Below are positions 7,724-14,071 of a DNA stretch of 14,071 bases, one piece after another. The number at the start of each line of letters is the position of its first letter. The first letter of the stretch is position 1. Location: positions 1 through 14,071 of the forward strand of contig JBFESZ010000049.1 of NCBI GenBank assembly GCA_041548245.1, written 5' to 3'. The DNA comes from Sulfurimonadaceae bacterium (lineage in GTDB: Bacteria > Campylobacterota > Campylobacteria > Campylobacterales > Sulfurimonadaceae). The notes under the pieces are model-generated. The model did no database searches, was not told the origin of the DNA, and was given only the letters and a program-made list of their open reading frames with translations. Position numbers and translations under genes: made by a program.

Positions 7724-8086
7724 CTAATCTCCACAAAAGTTTCCGTCACAAGCGGGGATAACACCCAAATCACTCCCGCTCGTCGTCAAAAACTTGACAA
7801 GATGCCGACGGCGATTCTTATAATAAGACCTACTCAAAGCCTTAATTGCTTTTTCATTTCCCATATGAATAAACAAGATCTTTTCATCGCCATCTCTAAA
7901 AAGTCTCTTCCACTCCTGTGATGTATACATCGCGGCCCCTTTATAGGGATTCCCATGACAGCTTTTACAGAGTTTGATATAGGTTTTTATCCCCTCTTCC
8001 GAATAGTTTTGACGGGCCTGTAAACTGCTGGCACATAAAACTAAAAGCACTGACAACGCTACGGCTTTCATTGAGATAACACACAT
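7724..8086 (-). CDS. Periplasmic monoheme c-type cytochrome
   Basis: Signal peptide (KAVALSVLLVLCASSLQA), one CKSCH heme motif and C-terminal SDLGVIPACDGNFCGD. AGAGGG SD upstream of ATG 8086 (alternative start 8071). Confidence 0.88.
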   Translation of the reverse strand: MCVISMKAVALSVLLVLCASSLQARQNYSEEGIKTYIKLCKSCHGNPYKGAAMYTSQEWKRLFRDGDEKILFIHMGNEKAIKALSRSYYKNRRRHLVKFLTTSGSDLGVIPACDGNFCGD

Positions 8087-8115
8087 ACCACACCCTCTAC
8101 ATTCTGTAATCCAAT

Positions 8116-8121
8116 ATTATA
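8116..8121 (-). promoter_or_regulatory. -10 box for the cytochrome c gene
   Basis: Perfect TATAAT on the minus strand about 30 nt upstream of the start. Confidence 0.5.
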
Positions 8122-8334
8122 CATCAATAACAGATCTGTACCATTGTCTTTTTTCTGTAAGGTTCACTACAACAATCGACCTGCTAAACCTATAACCTTT
8201 TTTGTTCTGATGTATAAATCTATTTTGTCACCTTCTGAACCAACCCAAAGGATATCAATAATTTTTTATAAGAAAACTTTATGCAAAAAAAGGGTTCAAT
8301 TAAGAATAAGACTTTTTTAAAAAAAGGATTTAAC

Positions 8335-8685
8335 ATGCAAGCCAAAGACTTAGAATTTTTCAAAGAACAACTCTTAAGTGCAAAAAGTCATATTCTTCAA
8401 AATGTGGATCTTGCATCGCAGGAACTTAATCAACTGCAGACCCAAGAGAACAATGATGACATGGATTTTGCCTCTATGCGAAGCGATGCAATGATAGAGC
8501 AGGTGATCTCTGATCAGCAAAAGTCCGAACTTGCTGATATCGAACATGCCTTGAAGCGAATCGAAGAGGGAAACTATAATATCTGTGAAATGTGTTCAGA
8601 AGAGATAGGCATGTCCAGGCTCAAAGCGAAACCCTATGCCAGACTCTGCATGACCTGCCGTCCTTTATATGAGAAATCGAAGTAG
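8335..8685 (+). CDS. dksA: RNA polymerase-binding transcription factor DksA
   Basis: Coiled coil with DxxDxA tip (DDMDFA) and C4 zinc finger (CEMC...CMTC). AAGGA SD precedes the ATG at 8335, preferred over 8281. Confidence 0.93.
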   Translation: MQAKDLEFFKEQLLSAKSHILQNVDLASQELNQLQTQENNDDMDFASMRSDAMIEQVISDQQKSELADIEHALKRIEEGNYNICEMCSEEIGMSRLKAKPYARLCMTCRPLYEKSK

Positions 8686-8712
8686 CCCTATTAGCTGCTT
8701 GTAATATTTTTC

Positions 8713-8721
8713 TGTTATTAT
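8713..8721 (+). promoter_or_regulatory. Extended -10 for a probable leaderless aroK transcript
   Basis: TG-T-TATTAT-TTTTCC-ATG: 6-nt spacer, pyrimidine-rich with no SD. Confidence 0.55.
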
Positions 8722-8727
8722 TTTTCC

Positions 8728-9255
8728 ATGAAAAACAATAATATTATTCTAATGGGTTTTATGGGTGTAGGAAAAGGATCTCTTGCACGAGAACTCGCCA
8801 AGCAAACTGGACGTATCGCCATAGACACCGATGACCTCATCGAAAGTCTTGAGAACACGACAATCAAAAAGATCTTCAAAAAAAAGGGTGAAGCCTATTT
8901 TAGAAAACGTGAGAAGGAATTCTCACACTGGTTGCAACAAAGTGTCAAAGACACTATTATCTCCATCGGTGGCGGTTTCTACCAGGTCGGAAATCTTCAA
9001 GAAATCGGTCATGTGATTTATCTCGAAGCCTCATTTGATGCCATTCTTGATCGTATCCATGCTTGTGACAATGCTAAAAACAAGTTAAAAAAACGCCCAC
9101 TTCTACAAGATATAAAAAAGGCAAAAAAACTGATGGACAGTCGTCATCCACACTACATAGCATGTGCCGATACCGTCATCCATACCTCAGGAAAAAGCTC
9201 AACACAAATAGCTAAAGAGATCATCAATATCTTGCCACTTTTAAACAATAAATAG
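8728..9255 (+). CDS. aroK: Shikimate kinase
   Basis: NIILMGFMGVGKGS (P-loop), IDTDDLIE, GEAYFR, SIGGG, KRPLL. Confidence 0.96.
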   Translation: MKNNNIILMGFMGVGKGSLARELAKQTGRIAIDTDDLIESLENTTIKKIFKKKGEAYFRKREKEFSHWLQQSVKDTIISIGGGFYQVGNLQEIGHVIYLEASFDAILDRIHACDNAKNKLKKRPLLQDIKKAKKLMDSRHPHYIACADTVIHTSGKSSTQIAKEIINILPLLNNK

Positions 9256-9330
9256 ATTATATCTTGATAAAAGCTGCAGAAGCGCTCATTTTTGCTTCAT
9301 CTTCCTTGTAAAAAGTAATCTTTTTGTAAT

Positions 9331-9358
9331 TTTACTGGAGTATAATCATTCTAGTAAA
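9331..9358 (+). promoter_or_regulatory. T2SS cluster promoter: TATAAT (9341-9346) flanked by an imperfect inverted repeat
   Basis: TTTACTGGAG-TATAATCA-TTCTAGTAAA (arms match 8/10), about 80 nt upstream of gspG. Confidence 0.5.
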
Positions 9359-9425
9359 TATCCTTATACTCTCAACAGAATATGATGATTTCGAGAGGAT
9401 AAAAGAAGCACTAAAGGTTAAAACA

Positions 9426-9857
9426 ATGCAAAGTCAATTCAGAAATGCTTTTTCTTTAATAGAGTTAATGATTGTCATCGTAATCTTGGGATTGTTGGCA
9501 GCAATGGTTATGCCAAATCTAACAGGAAAAGGTGAAGAAGCAAAACGAAATCTTGTCTGCGTACAGATGAAAAGTATCTACAATGGGGGCCTTGATATGT
9601 TTAAAATCAATAACAGTGTATATCCTTCGACAGAAGAGGGTCTAAAAGCCTTGGTCGAAAACCCTGATGAAGAAAAATATCCTAACTACTCGCCTTCTGG
9701 ATATTTCAAAGATTCAAAAATCCCAAAAGACTCATGGGGAAGTGAATTCATCTATATCAATGATGAAGGTTCAATTGAGCTTATCTCCTTGGGAGCCGAC
9801 AGAAAAGAAGGTGGCAAAGACGAAAAAGCCGATATTAGAATGAGTAGCTGCAAGTAG
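9426..9857 (+). CDS. gspG: Type II secretion major pseudopilin GspG
   Basis: Prepilin motif A|FSLIELMIVIVILGLLA, then YPSTEEGLKALV, PKDSWG, SLGAD..EGG....ADI. AAAGG SD. Confidence 0.95.
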   Translation: MQSQFRNAFSLIELMIVIVILGLLAAMVMPNLTGKGEEAKRNLVCVQMKSIYNGGLDMFKINNSVYPSTEEGLKALVENPDEEKYPNYSPSGYFKDSKIPKDSWGSEFIYINDEGSIELISLGADRKEGGKDEKADIRMSSCK

Positions 9858-9862
9858 TCTAT

Positions 9863-10366
9863 TTGAAAAAAGCGTTTTCTTTGATTGAGTTGCTTATCGT
9901 TGTTGTGATTATAGGAGTTGTTTACATGCTGGCTGTTCAAAACCTCCAAAGCTTTAAAGAACCCGCAACGACGCTAAGCCTAAAGAATATCAAAGAGTAT
10001 CTATACGCTTTTCCACATACAAAAAGTGTCCAACTCTTATGTCTGGATGACTGTTCCAGCTGTAACATCATTGTAGACGACTATCAAGACCCCACTATCG
10101 ACTCTATTGATGATTTCATAGATGATTCCATACAGACCTATCAATATGATTTTCATCTAGGCTTTCAAGAACAGGCTAAACAAATCTTTTTCACTGAAGA
10201 TAACATTGAAAAGAGTGTATGTTTTTCATTATCTGTGGATAAACAAGGTGTAAGCGAACAGGTCATTGTCAAATTTAAAGACAAAATTTATGACTATACG
10301 CCATACTTGACCCCGACACCTGTGTACAACTCTCTCAAAGAGCTTGCTGCCACTAAAGGTATATAA
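9863..10366 (+). CDS. Minor pseudopilin (GspH-like), prepilin N-terminal cleavage/methylation domain
   Basis: KKA|FSLIELLIVVVIIG, TTG start, directly after gspG; contains CLDDCSSC. Confidence 0.8.
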   Translation: MKKAFSLIELLIVVVIIGVVYMLAVQNLQSFKEPATTLSLKNIKEYLYAFPHTKSVQLLCLDDCSSCNIIVDDYQDPTIDSIDDFIDDSIQTYQYDFHLGFQEQAKQIFFTEDNIEKSVCFSLSVDKQGVSEQVIVKFKDKIYDYTPYLTPTPVYNSLKELAATKGI

Positions 10367-10369
10367 CAG

Positions 10370-11584
10370 ATGGTTTTTAAATATAAGGGTCTGACACCTG
10401 AAGGCAACTGGACAAAAGGGAAACTCGAAGCGCAGACTCTTGAAGAGGCCAAGAGCAAATTAAAAGTCAAAAAGATTGTCTATAAGAGCATAGTCGAAGA
10501 CACCCCCTCTTTTTTTGACAATATTAGCTTGTCACGAAAATACAGACTCACTACCAACGAACTCTCTTCGCTCTCTCGGGAGCTCTCAATGTACATTCGC
10601 TCAGGTATCAGTATAGTCTCTGCTTTGAGAATCATGCAGACGCATTACGAGAACAACAAACAGATGAAACTGTTTTTGACAACCCTCTCTACCCATCTGG
10701 ATGAGGGAAATAACTTCTACTCTGCTTTAGAATCCCAAAAGATTGTCAAACTGCCCGAATTTTATAAACAATCCATTAAAGTCAGTGAAAATGGAGGGAT
10801 ACTTGATGAAGTACTTCTGGAACTTTCGCGATTTTTAAAAGAACAGGACAAGATCAAAAAAGAGATAAAAGGGGCCTTCGCCTATCCGGCATTTATGGTT
10901 GTCATATCGCTGTTAATGATCTCATTTATGCTGGCTTTTGTTGTTCCTCAAATAACTGGAATTTTTGAAAGTATGAACCAGGAATTGCCCTTGGCAACAC
11001 GTATAGTAATCTCAATGGGTGACTTTTTTAATAACAACTTCAACACTATTTTAATCCTGATTTTTGTCATGACAACTCTATTTATACTACTGATGCAAAA
11101 AAGCCATCGCTTTGCCTACCGTATGCATGCGCTACTACTCAGACTGCCTCTCTTTGGCCAAATAGCACAGAAAAGTGAACTTGCACGCTTCTCTTACATC
11201 GCCTCTTTATTGGTACGTTCCGGTGTGCCCTTTGTCCAGACCATCAACCTTAGTGCCAATATACTAAACAACCTGGTCTTAAGAGAGATATTCGTCTCCA
11301 GTGCAAAAAAAGTGGTAGAAGGAAAGCCTCTCTCAAGTGCCCTCAATGATGCAGGCACTCAGGTAGACTATGCCTTTATACAGTCTATCGCCTTGGGCGA
11401 AGAGACTTCCCAGCTTGAAAATGTACTCACAAATATGTCTGACCTCTATTTTGAAGAGAACCGGGACAAGATCAGCATGCTGTTGACACTTTTGGAACCT
11501 GCCCTGATGCTTTTTGTGGGCGGAAGCATAGGCTTTATTGTAGCAGCCATGTTATTACCTTTGTTTTCAATGAGTGTGGGATAA
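10370..11584 (+). CDS. gspF: Type II secretion system inner-membrane platform protein F
   Basis: 404 aa with FKYKG start, two T2SSF repeats, AFAYPAF, FVVPQI, LGEETSQL, LLEPALML and three TM segments. Confidence 0.93.
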   Translation: MVFKYKGLTPEGNWTKGKLEAQTLEEAKSKLKVKKIVYKSIVEDTPSFFDNISLSRKYRLTTNELSSLSRELSMYIRSGISIVSALRIMQTHYENNKQMKLFLTTLSTHLDEGNNFYSALESQKIVKLPEFYKQSIKVSENGGILDEVLLELSRFLKEQDKIKKEIKGAFAYPAFMVVISLLMISFMLAFVVPQITGIFESMNQELPLATRIVISMGDFFNNNFNTILILIFVMTTLFILLMQKSHRFAYRMHALLLRLPLFGQIAQKSELARFSYIASLLVRSGVPFVQTINLSANILNNLVLREIFVSSAKKVVEGKPLSSALNDAGTQVDYAFIQSIALGEETSQLENVLTNMSDLYFEENRDKISMLLTLLEPALMLFVGGSIGFIVAAMLLPLFSMSVG

Positions 11585-11585
11585 G

Positions 11586-12491
11586 ATGGGAAAAAGAGGG
11601 ATCGCCCTGCTCATCACGATATTGTTTGTGATGGCTATTTCTATCAGCATCGGAATCGGACTCAAATATGTCAATAAGGCCTCTGCCGAAGTCGAAAACG
11701 AGAACTTTTTATTTCGTACCCGAGTGATTACCGATGATATTCTCAAACTCTTAAAAAGCTCAAAAGAGCTGGATGCGTTGATTAACGATTCTTCTATAGA
11801 GGGCTTGTTCATGTTTTTATCCCAATCAGGCTTTATCCCATTAGAGATCTCAGATCTCAAAATAAGCATGGAAATCAGCAGTGCCAGGGCAATGTTCAAT
11901 CCCAACACACTTTGTGATGGAAACAATACGATTGCATGGAAGAAAGTTGATGCCCTCAAAGAGTACATGAGCAAACATCATATCAGCCAAGTTTACACCG
12001 ACATTCTTCTGGATAATGTCAACCCTTCAAGCCTTTCTTACAATACCAGTCTCTTTGATGAAAACCCCGAGCTTTTTAGAGATTACATTGCATCAAATAC
12101 CCATTTAGAAAAGTTAAACGACTTTTACACCCAAAGATACTACGATAACAAGGTAAAAGAGATAAACTTGGACAAACTGTTTTATCCAAGCCCGGATAGA
12201 CACACACGTATTGACCTAAACTACGCCACTTCTGAAGTTTGGGAAATGATGCTTGGTGTCGATACAGTAAGAGCCGAGCATCTTAGCCTAGGTGGTGGTG
12301 GCTACACAAACCTTGAATCTCTCGGCTTAAATGAAGAAGAAAAAAAGTCACTTTCACGATTTGAAGTCAGTTATTTTGAACCGGTATTAGACATTAAATT
12401 GCAAATCATTCAAAATGACAAAAGTGCACATATACGATTCGAATATGATATCAAAAACAAACAAGGATTAAATTTCAGTTATGCAATTTAA
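11586..12491 (+). CDS. GspK-like minor pseudopilin
   Basis: KRG|IALLITILFV lacks Glu5, as is typical of GspK. About 300 aa with an IDLNYA motif, in T2SS context. ATG at 11586 is preferred over GTG at 11574. Confidence 0.7.
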   Translation: MGKRGIALLITILFVMAISISIGIGLKYVNKASAEVENENFLFRTRVITDDILKLLKSSKELDALINDSSIEGLFMFLSQSGFIPLEISDLKISMEISSARAMFNPNTLCDGNNTIAWKKVDALKEYMSKHHISQVYTDILLDNVNPSSLSYNTSLFDENPELFRDYIASNTHLEKLNDFYTQRYYDNKVKEINLDKLFYPSPDRHTRIDLNYATSEVWEMMLGVDTVRAEHLSLGGGGYTNLESLGLNEEEKKSLSRFEVSYFEPVLDIKLQIIQNDKSAHIRFEYDIKNKQGLNFSYAI

Positions 12492-13410
12492 CAAACAATA
12501 TAAAGTTCTGTTTTTAGATCCAGACTATGATATAAAATATACTGATGAAAAAGTTGATATCATTTTATCGCCATCACTCTACTGGATTAAAAAAGTCTCA
12601 CTTCCACTCAACAGTTTACGGGAAGTAAAAGCACTACTGCCTTCCATATTTGAGGACACTCTTCCTGATGGAATTTTTAGTTACAGCGTCTATAAAAGTG
12701 AACACGACTCTCTGTTTTATGCATTTGCCTATGAAGACAAAAAAGTATTGGATGTCCTTGCACAAAAAAACATACCTGTCAGCAATATAAACAGTGTACA
12801 CTTTGCTCAAAGCGAGCTTAACAACATTGAGCATGCTATATATATCAATAACGATCAATGTCTGTACACAAAGGACTCTACCGTTGTATTACTCCCCTCT
12901 TCCTGGATAGAAGAAAAAGAAAAATTAGATCTAAGCAACATTACACTCTCAAAGCATAAAGTCACACTTCAACAGTTTGCCCATCTGATAGACTACAAAA
13001 GTCTTTATGGTATCATCACTGTACTGACTCTCTTGATTCTTCTTACCGGTAGTGAATGGTTCATCACCACACAAAGATCGGCAGACATTAGAGCAAAAAC
13101 GGATGAGTTCTTTGTAAAAGAAAAGCTCAGCGCAACAATGTTTGAAAACAGGTCAATCCTGAAAAAATATGAAAAAACGCATGAGTTTCAGACAAAACTC
13201 CGCGAATACCTCACCCAGCTTCTAACACTGAAGTTAAACAAGAATGAGAAAATGACTCGGATAGGTTTGAAAAGCAAAACAATCTTCGCTGACTTCAGTA
13301 ACATCAATAAACAGCGAACTGCTGAGATCACATCACTCTTGAACTCAACAGGCATGCCATTGACACAAGTACTCAAAGATGGGGTATTACATCTGGAGAT
13401 AAAGATATGA
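12481..13410 (+). CDS. GspL-like T2SS assembly platform protein
   Basis: Cytoplasmic N-domain, single TM (about aa 175-195) and periplasmic coiled coil; overlaps both neighbours. Assigned by topology and position. Confidence 0.6.
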   Translation: MQFNKQYKVLFLDPDYDIKYTDEKVDIILSPSLYWIKKVSLPLNSLREVKALLPSIFEDTLPDGIFSYSVYKSEHDSLFYAFAYEDKKVLDVLAQKNIPVSNINSVHFAQSELNNIEHAIYINNDQCLYTKDSTVVLLPSSWIEEKEKLDLSNITLSKHKVTLQQFAHLIDYKSLYGIITVLTLLILLTGSEWFITTQRSADIRAKTDEFFVKEKLSATMFENRSILKKYEKTHEFQTKLREYLTQLLTLKLNKNEKMTRIGLKSKTIFADFSNINKQRTAEITSLLNSTGMPLTQVLKDGVLHLEIKI

Positions 13411-13814
13411 ATCGTATAAATCCTATCCATATCGTTGTATTATTGACAATTATATTGATCATTGCCCTGTATTCACTTGCTTCAAGCAAACGTGAACTGA
13501 CAGAGAACAAGGAGACTTTCAAGTCAACTCAGGAAGTTGCCCAGAGGCTGATCGCCTTGAAAGATGTATATGCGAATAAGGTCAGGATCAAACAATCTTT
13601 ACAGAGAATACTGAACGATGCGATGATTAAATCTTCAACCATTGCGACTGATTTTAAAAAAAACTCCGTCAGTATTCATGCAGAGAACATCGATTTGAAA
13701 ACACTAAACCTTCTTGTCGGTAAACTTCTTAATGCAGCCTATATCATTGAATCTATGGATATCAAGAATACGAGCGACAGCCTGGCTGAACTAAAAATGG
13801 AGATAAAATGGTAA
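13407..13814 (+). CDS. GspM-like T2SS protein
   Basis: N-terminal TM, coiled coil and small alpha/beta C-domain; ATGA overlap with the upstream gene. Assigned by topology and position. Confidence 0.6.
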   Translation: MNRINPIHIVVLLTIILIIALYSLASSKRELTENKETFKSTQEVAQRLIALKDVYANKVRIKQSLQRILNDAMIKSSTIATDFKKNSVSIHAENIDLKTLNLLVGKLLNAAYIIESMDIKNTSDSLAELKMEIKW

Positions 13815-14071
13815 AAGTGGGAAAATTTTTTGCATATTCACTTTTCTTTATCCTGGCGCTGATATATCTTACGCCAAAAGCCAGTGTCTACCACTTTTTT
13901 GAAGAGCAGCTCAAGCCTTACTCTATTGTTCTTAATAATGAGTCTGTTACGGAAAGTCTGCTTGGACTGGATATCACCGATGGAATATTATTCGTCCAGT
14001 CGGTAGAAGCTGCTGAGATCAAATCCATAGAAGTCAATCTCTTTGTCCTGTTTAATGCCATCGATATAAAG
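13808..14071 (+). CDS. GspN-like membrane-anchored protein, truncated at the right edge; not in the ORF track
   Basis: Manual translation from ATG 13808 is open to the end: MVKVGKFFAYSLFFILALIYLTPKASVYHFFEEQLKPYSIVLNNESVTESLLGLDITDGILFVQSVEAAEIKSIEVNLFVLFNAIDIK. N-terminal TM followed by Pro, then beta-rich sequence. Confidence 0.7.
   Translation, partial: MVKVGKFFAYSLFFILALIYLTPKASVYHFFEEQLKPYSIVLNNESVTESLLGLDITDGILFVQSVEAAEIKSIEVNLFVLFNAIDIK

Noticed and set aside
8281-8334. N-terminal extension of DksA and A/T runs as phase-variation tracts
   Set aside because: The SD supports the start at 8335; the runs are short and typical of AT-rich promoter DNA, with no long poly-G/C tract.
11567-13430. 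Minus-strand ORFs (135, 74 and 80 aa) within the T2SS cluster
   Set aside because: Antisense shadows of tightly coupled plus-strand genes.

Overview
Chromosomal window that looks like a free-living Campylobacterota (Sulfurimonas-like) genome; the taxonomy is inferred from gene content and protein style. Left part, minus strand: glyQ, a RecD2-type helicase, a DUF4395-like membrane protein overlapping a membrane-anchored GGDEF-EAL protein with a Cys-rich N-terminus, a structured intergenic region, and a secreted hypothetical protein that runs off the left edge and is missing from the ORF track. Middle: a DsrE-family protein, a conserved hypothetical membrane protein, a monoheme cytochrome c with extra C-terminal Cys, dksA and aroK. 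Right, plus strand: a type II secretion cluster (G, H-like, F, K-like, L-like, M-like, N-like, truncated). No mobile element, CRISPR array, tRNA or rRNA was seen. The best candidates for something new are the DUF4395-like / 4-Cys GGDEF-EAL pair (a possible two-protein c-di-GMP sensing module), a ~108-nt rod-like RNA at 698-805, and four genes with apparent leaderless promoters.
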